Shown one piece after another: positions 49,889 through 58,676 of a DNA stretch of 64,000 bases. The stretch covers positions 1 through 64,000 of the forward strand of contig BTWA01000021.1 in the NCBI GenBank assembly GCA_045863295.1. The letters are read 5' to 3'. The position numbers and the translations under genes were made by a program. Each line of letters begins with the position of its first letter. Within the stretch, counting starts at the first letter, position 1. This DNA comes from Candidatus Hydrogenedentota bacterium. GTDB lineage: Bacteria > Hydrogenedentota > Hydrogenedentia > Hydrogenedentales > SLHB01. The notes under the pieces were generated by a model. That model saw only the letters and a list, made by a program, of their open reading frames with translations, did not search any database and was not told where the DNA came from.

Positions 49889-51165
49889 ATATTGTGATCC
49901 CATTTGGAAGCCACGAGACGCTGCACGGCGTTCTTACGCATGGGACGTGTATCGGTACTCTCGATATTGCCGACGTTCCGGGAATTGCTGACCTGTCCTC
50001 TCGCATGGACGAAGTATTTGCTTGCCCCATTGGTCAGCCGGATCCTGTCTTCAATCGATTTGGCCCTGGCGATACGGTGGCCATCACCGTGTCTGATCAG
50101 TTCAGGACGACCGGAGTCAATCAGATACTCCCCGCAGTGCTGGGGAAACTGAAAGAAACTGGCGTCGACGATGGCGACATTTGTTTCGTATTTGCCACGG
50201 GCACACACCGCCCTCCCACGGAACAGGAGCAGCGAACGATCCTGGGGCAGTCGGTCTATGAAGCGTTTCGCGGCCGCATTTGCAATCATAACCCGCACGA
50301 CGATTCGCAGCTTGTGCATATGGGAGTCACTTCACGCGGCACTGATGTCTGGCTCAACCGACAGGTTGTGACTCGATCACGCGTGATCGTCACAGGTGCA
50401 TGTGTTCTTCACTACTTCGGTGGATACGGGGGCGGCCGTAAGGGCATCGTGCCTGGACTTGCCGGTGTGGGCACCATAGCCCATAATCACGCCATGAATC
50501 TGGATCCCCATGACGATGCGGTTAATCCCGCTGTGGGCATCGGAAAGATGTCCGGCAATCCAGTAGCGGAGGATATGTTGGAAGCGGCGAAGTTGCTTCC
50601 GATCACCTGTTTGATCAATACGGTCCTAAACCGTCAGGGACAAATTGCGGGGCTTTTCGCAGGCGATTTGGAATTGGCACACGCGCAGGCAGCGCACTTT
50701 GCGCGCAGCCTGTATGCGATTTCAATTCCGCGGAAGGCGGATTTGGTCATCGCGTCTTCTGGCGGTACGCGAAATTTTGTGCAATCCCACAAAGCGTTAT
50801 ACAACGCTTACCAGGCCATGAAGCCGGGAGGCCGGATCGTCCTTGCCACGCAATGTCCGGAAGGATTGGGTGGAGAGCAATTTGTGAAATGGCTGCGTCT
50901 TGGAAGTCGATCACGAGTAATTGCGGGTCTTCGGCAACGAAGTGAGATTAATGGCCAGACCGCGCTGTCCACGCTGGAGAAGGCCCCTTCAACGTATTTT
51001 GTAACGAACTTGTCCGAGCAGGATACTGCGTTGATGGGCGGTCCCAAAGCCTCCTCGCTGCAAGAGGCCATTGACAGGGCATGCGCCGATTTGGGTGCGA
51101 AAGACATCACTTACTATGTGATGCCGTCCGCAGCATATACTGTTCCTTTCGTGGATGAGAATTGA
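49885..51165 (+). CDS. LarA-family nickel-pincer-dependent racemase/epimerase
   Basis: SD..R, ATGTHR, HYFGGYGGGRK.IVPG, HNH and C.EG.G motifs. Confidence 0.85.
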   Translation: MNIVIPFGSHETLHGVLTHGTCIGTLDIADVPGIADLSSRMDEVFACPIGQPDPVFNRFGPGDTVAITVSDQFRTTGVNQILPAVLGKLKETGVDDGDICFVFATGTHRPPTEQEQRTILGQSVYEAFRGRICNHNPHDDSQLVHMGVTSRGTDVWLNRQVVTRSRVIVTGACVLHYFGGYGGGRKGIVPGLAGVGTIAHNHAMNLDPHDDAVNPAVGIGKMSGNPVAEDMLEAAKLLPITCLINTVLNRQGQIAGLFAGDLELAHAQAAHFARSLYAISIPRKADLVIASSGGTRNFVQSHKALYNAYQAMKPGGRIVLATQCPEGLGGEQFVKWLRLGSRSRVIAGLRQRSEINGQTALSTLEKAPSTYFVTNLSEQDTALMGGPKASSLQEAIDRACADLGAKDITYYVMPSAAYTVPFVDEN

Positions 51166-51191
51166 CCGAATGCCGCTACGAGGAGCTGAAC

Positions 51192-52337
51192 ATGATTCGA
51201 CCGCTACGATGGCCTGTGGTATCTATGGCGATTGCTGCAATGTGTACGCTTGACGGGCTGGCGCGGGCAGAGTCTCTGCGCATGTATATTGGAACGTACA
51301 CCAAAGGCGGCAGCGACGGTATTTATACTCTCACCTTGAACAATTCGACGGGGGAACTCTCCGGTCCGGCACTTGCAGTTAATACCGAGAATCCGTCGTT
51401 TCTCGCGCAGCATCCATCAAAGGCCGTAGTCTATGCGGTGGGCGAAATGGTGGAGAATCCGGACGGACCCGGCGGAACGATCAGCGCATTTTCTGTGGAT
51501 CCCACTACCGGGATGCTCGTGTTGATTAACCGGCAATCAACAGTTGGAGACGGCCCTTGTCATGTGGCCGTGGCACCTTCCGGTAAACATGTAGCCGTGG
51601 CGAACTATGGGGGCGGCAGCGTAACGCTGTTGCCCATTTCGGAGGACGGCAGCCTGCTTCCAAAATGCGGATTTATTCAGCACGAGGGTAAGAGCGTTCA
51701 TCCCACGCGCCAGGAAAAGCCCCACGCCCACTCCGTCACTTTTGACCCACTCGGACGATTTTTGTTTGCCGCCGACCTGGGCATTGACCGAATTTTGATC
51801 TACCGGTATGACGAATCAGGGAGCCTGCCTGCGAACTTACCGGCGTTTTCTGCCCTTGAGCCGGGTTCGGGCCCGAGACATGCGAAGTTCCATCCGTCCG
51901 GAAAGCATTTCTATGTGGTGAACGAACTTGCAAGTACGGTAACCGCATTCGTATATGACAACAGCGCAGGGTCTTTGACCCCGATTCAGACGATTTCAAC
52001 GCTTCCGGACGGTTTTGGCGAATCCTCCACTACCGCGGAAATCCGGGTGCATCCGTCCGGGAAGTTTATTTACGCGTCCAATCGAGGTCACGACAGCATT
52101 GCTTCGTTTCAAATTGATGGCGATTCCGGCAAACTTACTGCGATTGGGCACACTCCAACCGAAGGCAATACACCGCGCAATTTCGCAATCGATCCATCTG
52201 GCCGCTTTCTGATTGCCGCGAATCAGAATAGCGACAGCATCGTGGTGTTTCGGATTGATGAGAACTCCGGCGTGCCCGAGCCTACTGGGCATACGGCATC
52301 CATCGTAGCGCCTGTGTGTGTGTTATTCCTTGAGTAA
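51192..52337 (+). CDS. Lactonase, 7-bladed beta-propeller (6-phosphogluconolactonase YbhE family)
   Basis: YIGTYT, ANYGGG, RQEKPHAH, GSGPRH, SNRGHDSI and PRNF motifs; signal-like N-terminus. Confidence 0.9.
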   Translation: MIRPLRWPVVSMAIAAMCTLDGLARAESLRMYIGTYTKGGSDGIYTLTLNNSTGELSGPALAVNTENPSFLAQHPSKAVVYAVGEMVENPDGPGGTISAFSVDPTTGMLVLINRQSTVGDGPCHVAVAPSGKHVAVANYGGGSVTLLPISEDGSLLPKCGFIQHEGKSVHPTRQEKPHAHSVTFDPLGRFLFAADLGIDRILIYRYDESGSLPANLPAFSALEPGSGPRHAKFHPSGKHFYVVNELASTVTAFVYDNSAGSLTPIQTISTLPDGFGESSTTAEIRVHPSGKFIYASNRGHDSIASFQIDGDSGKLTAIGHTPTEGNTPRNFAIDPSGRFLIAANQNSDSIVVFRIDENSGVPEPTGHTASIVAPVCVLFLE

Positions 52338-52934
52338 GGCATTCACCCGTTCGCGGAGATCTTGAACTACTTCTGCTTCAAACCAGGGATTCTGCCGAAT
52401 CCATAAATTGTTGCGAAAAGATGGGTGCGGCAAGGGAATGTAACGCGGCGCATATTCTTGCCACGAGCGTACAGTTGCTGTCAACGTTGTCTTCGCCCGT
52501 TCGCCCAGGTAGTAGCGTTGGCTATATTGCCCGACGAGGATAAGCAGTTCCACATTCGGCAGGTGCTCCCACAATTGGTCGAACCAGAGATGTGCACACT
52601 CCGTGCGCGGCGGCAAATCGCCTCCACGCGGATTTCGTCCGGGGTAACACAGTCCCATCGGCAGAATGGCAATGCGCGTTTCGTCGTAAAATGTTTCGCG
52701 ATTGACACCCATCCACATTCGTAAACGATCGCCGCTGGGATCGTTCCACGGAATTCCGGTGGCATGGACTTTCGTTCCCGGCGCTTGACCGGCGATTAGC
52801 AAACGGGCCGATGAGCGCACTCGCAACACGGGCCGAGGCCCGAGCGGCAAGTCCATTTCGCAAGCGCGACATGCGCGCACTTGTTGCAGCAGGCTATCCA
52901 GTTTGCTCGGCTTCTTTTGGCAATTGCTGTTCAT
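52323..52934 (-). CDS. Uracil-DNA glycosylase superfamily protein
   Basis: CRAC, GQAPG, WND.SG.RLR, PMG.CYPG and LPHPS.RN motifs. Confidence 0.88.
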   Translation of the reverse strand: MNSNCQKKPSKLDSLLQQVRACRACEMDLPLGPRPVLRVRSSARLLIAGQAPGTKVHATGIPWNDPSGDRLRMWMGVNRETFYDETRIAILPMGLCYPGRNPRGGDLPPRTECAHLWFDQLWEHLPNVELLILVGQYSQRYYLGERAKTTLTATVRSWQEYAPRYIPLPHPSFRNNLWIRQNPWFEAEVVQDLRERVNALLKE

Positions 52935-53019
52935 CTACGTATGGTAAGTTGAGTGATGCCTTGTCGCAACCGGGGAACAAACGTAGAATAGAGCCGCTGC
53001 ACCATCTAGGGAAACTACA

Positions 53020-53520
53020 ATGCCGCTGGAAGTTGCCAATTTCGTGTATGAACATTTACGAGGACCGATCTTCGGTTGGTTCTCGCAGAATGGATTAACC
53101 ACGCTGCGCCTGCCGCATTCGGACCAGCCTCCCCGACGTATACCGCTGTTGCATTCGTGGAAGAATGACCAACGAACTCGAGCACTCAACACTGCTCTCG
53201 AACGCTACTTTGCCGGCCTAAGAGAGGATTTTGAATCGATTCCGCTCGATTTGGAGGCAACCACACCATTTCAACAACGCGTTTATAGCGAAGCACAATC
53301 CATAAAATGGGGAGCTACAAGCACATATGGCGGCCTTTGTGACCGGATGGGCCTCGACAATACCAGCGCCCGAGCGGTCGGTACCGCGTTGGGCGCCAAC
53401 CCGGTGGCGATCCTTGTGCCATGCCACCGCTTTCTGTCGTCCACCGGGAAGCTGACCGGATTTGCCGCCGGCCTTGCTTGGAAGGAGGAATTGCTGAGGT
53501 TGGAAGGGGCTCTAATTTGA
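53020..53520 (+). CDS. ogt: Methylated-DNA-protein-cysteine methyltransferase
   Basis: TPFQ, RAVG.A...NP and active-site PCHR motifs. Confidence 0.9.
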   Translation: MPLEVANFVYEHLRGPIFGWFSQNGLTTLRLPHSDQPPRRIPLLHSWKNDQRTRALNTALERYFAGLREDFESIPLDLEATTPFQQRVYSEAQSIKWGATSTYGGLCDRMGLDNTSARAVGTALGANPVAILVPCHRFLSSTGKLTGFAAGLAWKEELLRLEGALI

Positions 53521-53573
53521 TTCCCTGATTTCACGTCAGAATCGGGGTGACTTGCCGCGCTTCGACCTTTCTG

Positions 53574-53612
53574 TTGACAGACACCCCAAAAAGATACATA
53601 CTAGTTGGTATG
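53574..53612 (+). promoter_or_regulatory. Sigma70 promoter with overlapping palindromic operator for the TetR gene
   Basis: TTGACA-N17-CATACT; palindrome CATACTAGTTGGTATG (53597-53612) covers the -10 and the ATG. Confidence 0.7.
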
Positions 53613-54212
53613 GCCAATCATGGAACCAATGATTCTTCCCGGCAAGCACTGCTGGAAGCCGCCTTTCACGAGTTTTGGACTCGAGGCTATAACGGTACGC
53701 GCGTGGACGAAATCGTCGAGCAGACCGCGTTCACCAAAGGGGCCTTCTATCACCATTTCCCCTCCAAGAAAGCGCTTGTTTGCGCTGTAATCCGTGAAAT
53801 CATTGGGGCAATGCTTGACGAACGATGGTTAAGGCCTTTGCGCGATGCGCCTAACCCAGTTGCCGCAATTGCTCAGTGCCTCGATGCAGTGCGCTGTGAC
53901 GGACCGGAAGGCGTTCGCAATGGCTGCCCACTGAACAACCTTGCCCAGGAGTTGTCGGGCTCGGACGACGAGATTCGCCTTTTGGCGCAAGAATACTTTG
54001 AAAAATGGATAAACGGTTTCACCGAGGCCATCAAAGAAAGCCAAACGCATGGACAGATTCGCCCGGATGTCGATCCGCGCCTGTTGGCAACGACTATAGT
54101 TGCCGGTTACGAGGGCGGCGTATCGCTCGCCAAGGCGGCCCGCAGTGCGATGCCTCTGAATACGGTGCTCGATGGGCTAATTCGGCAGTTGAACGAATTG
54201 CGGATAACGTAG
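53610..54212 (+). CDS. TetR/AcrR family transcriptional regulator
   Basis: HTH motif F..RGY..T.V.EI....TKGAFYHHFPSK; GCPLNNL C-terminal motif. Confidence 0.92.
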   Translation: MANHGTNDSSRQALLEAAFHEFWTRGYNGTRVDEIVEQTAFTKGAFYHHFPSKKALVCAVIREIIGAMLDERWLRPLRDAPNPVAAIAQCLDAVRCDGPEGVRNGCPLNNLAQELSGSDDEIRLLAQEYFEKWINGFTEAIKESQTHGQIRPDVDPRLLATTIVAGYEGGVSLAKAARSAMPLNTVLDGLIRQLNELRIT

Positions 54213-54261
54213 TCCCGGCGATATAGGCGGAACCATAACAACAGCAGGAGGTGCCCCCCAG

Positions 54262-54993
54262 ATGATGCCCCATACTGTCGTTTCACAGGCTGAATGGCTA
54301 GTAGCACGCAAAGCGCTTCTGGTGAAAGAAAAGGAACTTACGCGGCTTCGCGATGACCTTTGCCGCCAGCGCAGGGAATTGCCCTGGGTCAAAGTGGAAA
54401 AGGAGTATGTATTTGAGGGTCCGAGTGGGCCGGAGTCATTGGCGCAACTGTTTGGAGCAAACGATCAACTCATAGTATATCACTTCATGTACGCGCCGGG
54501 CTGGAACGAAGGTTGCCCCGGTTGCTCGTTTCTATCCGATCACGTGGACGGGGCAAACTGGCACATACCGCATGGCGGCGCCACGTTTACGGCGATTTCT
54601 CGGGCGCCGTATGCGGAGTTCGCGCCCTTCAAGAAGCGCATGGGCTGGAAGTTCCATTGGGTTTCCTCGCACGGCAACAGCTTTAATTTCGACTATAACG
54701 TCTCTTTCACTGACGAAAGCCTTGCGTTGGGTACCGCTTACTACAACTATGAACCTTTGCCGGAAAAGAAGCCGGGCGAATGCCCGGGTGTCAGTGTATT
54801 CTTCAAAGACACCGACGGCGCGATCTACCACACGTATTCGAGTTACGGACGCGGGCCCGAGGAGTTGATCGGCGCATTCATGTTTCTCGACTTGGTACCC
54901 CGGGGTCGAAACGAAGCAACAATCATGGATTGGGTGCGGTTTCACGACCGGTACGACACTTCGCCCGTGGAGACGCCTTGTTGTGCCCACTGA
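54262..54993 (+). CDS. DUF899 thioredoxin-like protein
   Basis: EWL.ARK.LL.KEK, RRELPW, YHFM, GCPGCS, SRAP and P.GRNE motifs. Confidence 0.9.
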   Translation: MMPHTVVSQAEWLVARKALLVKEKELTRLRDDLCRQRRELPWVKVEKEYVFEGPSGPESLAQLFGANDQLIVYHFMYAPGWNEGCPGCSFLSDHVDGANWHIPHGGATFTAISRAPYAEFAPFKKRMGWKFHWVSSHGNSFNFDYNVSFTDESLALGTAYYNYEPLPEKKPGECPGVSVFFKDTDGAIYHTYSSYGRGPEELIGAFMFLDLVPRGRNEATIMDWVRFHDRYDTSPVETPCCAH

Positions 54994-55029
54994 ACCACCT
55001 CCCCGCAAACAGGCATGAGGACATGTTTC

Positions 55030-55515
55030 ATGAGCCACGAAAGAGTCATTTCCATGAAAGAGCCTAAACTCGTTGACAAGCGCGCGATGACGGTTGCAGG
55101 GTATAGTGACCGGTATACTCAAGAAACTTCTACTTGCATACCGGCCCTGTGGGCTCGATTCGGCGCAAACTACATGCGCGTTCCGCATGCCGTGTATGGC
55201 CCAGCTTACGGTGTATGTTTCAACATGGACGCGGCATGCAGCTTCGACTACATCGCTGGAACAGAAGTCTCCTCAACTGAAAGTCTGCCGTCCGAGTTCA
55301 CGAGCATCCAATTGCCCCCGACACGGTACGCCATTTTTAGCCAACAAGAAAATATAGCCGCGATCAAGGACATTTTCTGTGCAATCTACAAGGAGTGGAT
55401 CCCGGGATCGGGATTGGTAGCCGCCGACGCACCACAAGTGGAATGTTATGGGTTGACGTTCGACCCTGCGACGGGAGACGGCGGGTTTGAGATATGGATT
55501 CCTGTTCAATCATGA
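55030..55515 (+). CDS. GyrI-like / AraC effector-binding domain protein
   Basis: IPALW, YGVC, FDYIAG, YA.F, EWIP.SG and FEIWIPV motifs. Confidence 0.85.
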   Translation: MSHERVISMKEPKLVDKRAMTVAGYSDRYTQETSTCIPALWARFGANYMRVPHAVYGPAYGVCFNMDAACSFDYIAGTEVSSTESLPSEFTSIQLPPTRYAIFSQQENIAAIKDIFCAIYKEWIPGSGLVAADAPQVECYGLTFDPATGDGGFEIWIPVQS

Positions 55516-55805
55516 CCGGGCATGGCTGTGACTGCCAGACATCGCAATACGCGGGCTGGGCAAGGGCATTTGCCCATTGGGCAGGATGGGTTATGCCAAG
55601 CAGCATTCTGGTACTAATGCCCAAATGTCCGGCGTGTTTTGCAGGCTATATTGCCATCGCCACCGGGCTTGGCGTTTCCATGTCCGTTGCGGCCCAACTC
55701 CGGGCCGCGTTGATCGGGATCAGCATTGCGGCTCTTTTGATAGCACTTGCTTACGGGCTTAACCAGGTTCTAGTTTGGTGGGATAGCCGGCGCGCGAACC
55801 CGTGA
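55512..55805 (+). CDS. Small membrane protein with a PKCPAC motif
   Basis: ATGA overlap with the upstream stop; hydrophobic segments; LMPKCPAC. Confidence 0.65.
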   Translation: MTGHGCDCQTSQYAGWARAFAHWAGWVMPSSILVLMPKCPACFAGYIAIATGLGVSMSVAAQLRAALIGISIAALLIALAYGLNQVLVWWDSRRANP

Positions 55806-55865
55806 CACAGAACCCTGTGGCCCCTCGTTGGACTCGTCAGCTGTCCGAATGGGGTGTACTGACGT

Positions 55866-56237
55866 ATGAGCGCCGATCCGCTCAGGGTCCCGTTTGCCGC
55901 GCTTGCCGATCAGACGTGTCTGGCAATTCGGATCCAATTGCCTTGCGGCGTGGCTTCTGCCTTGGAATTGGCGGTGCTGGCCGATTCGAGGCCGTTAACT
56001 GTGTTGTGGAAGGCGGGATTGATATCACGCAGGAAGACCGCCCAACGGCCACCCTGCTGTCTAAAGACAGGGCTGCTGCGCGACACATTTGAATGTGTGG
56101 AGGAGTACAGGCATTTTTGGGAGTGTGTCCAGACCGCTTCAAGTAAACGCGAAGCGACATCCAGACCGGTTGAAGTAGTTCTGGGATACGTCGGAAATTA
56201 TCCTATCCCAAATTGCCTGACGATTGGAATACATTAG
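55866..56237 (+). pseudogene. Degenerate ArsR/SmtB-family regulator
   Basis: FAALAD.T..AI...L..G.AS..ELA and L.VL.KAGLISR...AQ..PC.L...YR.FW match the ArsR proteins that precede SRPBCC/VOC genes, but the recognition helix is shortened and the C-terminus appears frameshifted. Confidence 0.6.
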
Positions 56238-56264
56238 TCACTAAAAACTGCAAAGGAAGCCCCC

Positions 56265-56669
56265 ATGATCATTCAACCCTATGTAATGTTTGACGGCCGA
56301 GCGGACGAAGCGTTTGCATTCTATGCGGAGACGCTCGGTGCAAAGGTGAACTTCCTAATGCGGTTCAAGGAATGTCCTGATCAATCCTGTATGCCTGAAG
56401 GCACGGAAGAGAAAGTGATGCACGCTGAATTGCAGATCGGTGAATCCGTCGTTATGGCTTCTGACGGCAACTGCGAGGGCAAGCCGTCGTTTCAAGGTAT
56501 CTCGCTCTCGATTTTGGTGAAGGATCTCTCCGAGGGGGAACGAATCTTTGGTGCATTGTCAAATGGAGGACAAGTGCAAATGCCTTTTGGGAAGACGTTC
56601 TTTTCACCGGGATTCGGCATGGCGGCGGACAAGTTCGGCGTGTCGTGGATGGTTGTCGTACAACAATAA
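56265..56669 (+). CDS. VOC family PhnB-like protein
   Basis: QPY..FDG.A.EA..FY, VMHA.L.IG, MASDG and DKFGVSWM motifs. Confidence 0.9.
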   Translation: MIIQPYVMFDGRADEAFAFYAETLGAKVNFLMRFKECPDQSCMPEGTEEKVMHAELQIGESVVMASDGNCEGKPSFQGISLSILVKDLSEGERIFGALSNGGQVQMPFGKTFFSPGFGMAADKFGVSWMVVVQQ

Positions 56670-56717
56670 GCCTTGATCCTATTCTACGTCATTCAAAAAC
56701 TTACATGGAGACCCGCG

Positions 56718-57260
56718 ATGAGAATCGTTTTGATTGGAGTTGGCCTCGTGGCAGCGTTGGTCGTGACACTTGCAGTCGTGATTGCGACTCGGCCTTCCGA
56801 GATTCATATTGAACGGTCTACCACCATGGCGGCATCCCCGGAGGCTATATTCGAACAGATTAGCAACTTTCACAACTGGGCGGCATGGTCGCCCTGGGAC
56901 AAAATTGACCCTGCATTGGAGCGTACGTACGCCGGCGCAGAATCCGGTGAAGGAGCGACTTATGCATGGAAAGGGAATAGCCAGGTAGGCGAAGGCAAAA
57001 TGACGATTGTTGAAAGCAAGCCCAATGAGTCGATCAAGATTAAGCTTGAGTTTTTCAAGCCCATGGCCGGTGTCAGTGAATCGGGGTTTATTTTGAAGCC
57101 GGAAGGCGACCAGACGAACGTAACCTGGACGTACGACGGTACGAACAACTTTATTGCAAAGGCAATCGGCCTGTTCATGAGCATGGATTCAATGATCGGC
57201 GGCAGCTACGAGCAAGGTCTGGCGGAGATGAAGAGAATTGTGGAGGCCAAACCCCAATAG
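56718..57260 (+). CDS. SRPBCC (START-like) family protein with N-terminal anchor
   Basis: W.AWSPW..DP, Y.WKGN..VGEG and MDSMIG..YE.GL motifs. Confidence 0.88.
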   Translation: MRIVLIGVGLVAALVVTLAVVIATRPSEIHIERSTTMAASPEAIFEQISNFHNWAAWSPWDKIDPALERTYAGAESGEGATYAWKGNSQVGEGKMTIVESKPNESIKIKLEFFKPMAGVSESGFILKPEGDQTNVTWTYDGTNNFIAKAIGLFMSMDSMIGGSYEQGLAEMKRIVEAKPQ

Positions 57261-57329
57261 CCGTAGTCCCGTTTGTGTAACTCACGGGTTTTTAACTTCA
57301 CACCAGTCGAGTAACCGGAGCAAACTTGC

Positions 57330-57737
57330 ATGGAAACGAGACCATCAGCCGCACCGCTGTCCAGAAAGGTAATTTGGGCGGGCCGCATCCTGAGTGCACT
57401 GCCTGCCTTGTTGCTGCTATTCAGTGCCGTGATGAAAATTGCGCAACCCCCGGGATTCCTGGAGGGTTTTGCGAAGGCAGGCTTTCCAGAACATCTTGCA
57501 AGACCTATCGGCGTCGTGGAATTGGGATGTGTCATTATATATCTCATTCCACGTACGCAGGTGCTGGGGGCAATTTTGATTACGGCATACATGGGCGGAG
57601 CCGTAGTGACACACGTACGATTGGGCGAGGCCTTCATAATACAGATACTCGTCGGTGTCCTGGCGTGGGGCGGGCTGTTCCTTCGAGACCGGCGCATACG
57701 ATCGTTGATTCCGGTGGTGGAGAAGAACATTGGCTAA
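57330..57737 (+). CDS. DoxX family membrane protein
   Basis: SA.MK, IG.VE, LIPRT..LGAIL.T.Y.GGA..TH.R motifs. Confidence 0.88.
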   Translation: METRPSAAPLSRKVIWAGRILSALPALLLLFSAVMKIAQPPGFLEGFAKAGFPEHLARPIGVVELGCVIIYLIPRTQVLGAILITAYMGGAVVTHVRLGEAFIIQILVGVLAWGGLFLRDRRIRSLIPVVEKNIG

Positions 57738-57744
57738 ACCGGCA

Positions 57745-57771
57745 TGTCGAATCCCCTGAACCGGATTCGAC
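57745..57771 (+). promoter_or_regulatory. Putative ECF42-type promoter (copy 1)
   Basis: TGTCGA-N17-CGAC upstream of a YciI/DGPF gene. Confidence 0.65.
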
Positions 57772-57850
57772 CATGGGTGAGCAAACGGGAGCGGAGCTAA
57801 TATCTTCGCAAACAACAGCCCCGTTACTACCACCATTGGGAGGATACAGC

Positions 57851-58282
57851 ATGAGATTCATGGTTATGGTGAAAGCGGATAAGAATAGCGAAGCCGGAGT
57901 CATGCCGGATGAGAAGTTGCTGGCGGAAATGGGAAAATTCAATGAGGAACTCGTCAGTGCAGGAGTGATGCTGGCTGGCGAGGGATTGCATCCCAGTTCC
58001 AAAGGGGTTCGGGTGCTGTTTGACGGCGCGAAGCGAAGCGTGATCGACGGCCCCTTTACCGAAACCAAGGATCTTGTGGCGGGCTTCTGGATCTGGAAGA
58101 CTGATTCCCTTCAAGAGGCCATAGAGTGGGTCAAGCGCTGCCCGAATCCGACGGGAGTGAAGTCCGAGATCGAGATCCGGCAGGTGTTTGAGGCGGAGGA
58201 TTTCGGCGACGAGTTTACGCCTGAACTCCGGGAACAGGAAGAACGCCTGCGTGAAAGAATCGAGGCACAGACACGTTCGTAA
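57851..58282 (+). CDS. YciI/DGPF family protein
   Basis: MRFM, AGEGLHPS, DGPFTETK and EIR motifs; GGAGG RBS. Confidence 0.92.
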   Translation: MRFMVMVKADKNSEAGVMPDEKLLAEMGKFNEELVSAGVMLAGEGLHPSSKGVRVLFDGAKRSVIDGPFTETKDLVAGFWIWKTDSLQEAIEWVKRCPNPTGVKSEIEIRQVFEAEDFGDEFTPELREQEERLRERIEAQTRS

Positions 58283-58311
58283 TCCGAGAACATGGCAAAA
58301 GGAGCCCCCCA

Positions 58312-58668
58312 ATGAAATACGTCGATGGTTACATCCTGCCCGTAACGGCAAAAAATGTGGATGCTTACCGGAAAATTGCCCGCATGGCGGGAAAGATATG
58401 GATGGAACACGGCGCACTGCAGTATTGCGAGTCCGCAGGCGACGATTTGTACCCTAAAAAACTGGTCGCCTTCCCCAAGATGACGAAGCTGAAAAAAGGT
58501 GAAACCGTCATCTTTGCATGGATTGTGTTCAAATCGAAATCCCACCGGGATAAAGTCAATGCCAAGGTTATGAAAGACCCCCGTATGAACAAGGTGGATC
58601 CTAACACCATGCCCTTTGATTGGCGGCGAATAGCGTTTGGCGGATTCAATGTGATTGTCGACTTCTGA
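58312..58668 (+). CDS. DUF1428 family protein
   Basis: YVDG...PV, W.EHGAL.Y.E, RD..N.KVM.DPR and MPFD..R..FGGF motifs. Confidence 0.9.
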   Translation: MKYVDGYILPVTAKNVDAYRKIARMAGKIWMEHGALQYCESAGDDLYPKKLVAFPKMTKLKKGETVIFAWIVFKSKSHRDKVNAKVMKDPRMNKVDPNTMPFDWRRIAFGGFNVIVDF

Positions 58669-58676
58669 CTCTCTCC

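Noticed and set aside
52974..52986. Possible LexA box between the divergent UDG and ogt genes (GAACAAACGTAG)
   Set aside because: Only one half-site matches GAAC-N4-GTTC, and the LexA motif of this lineage is unknown to me.
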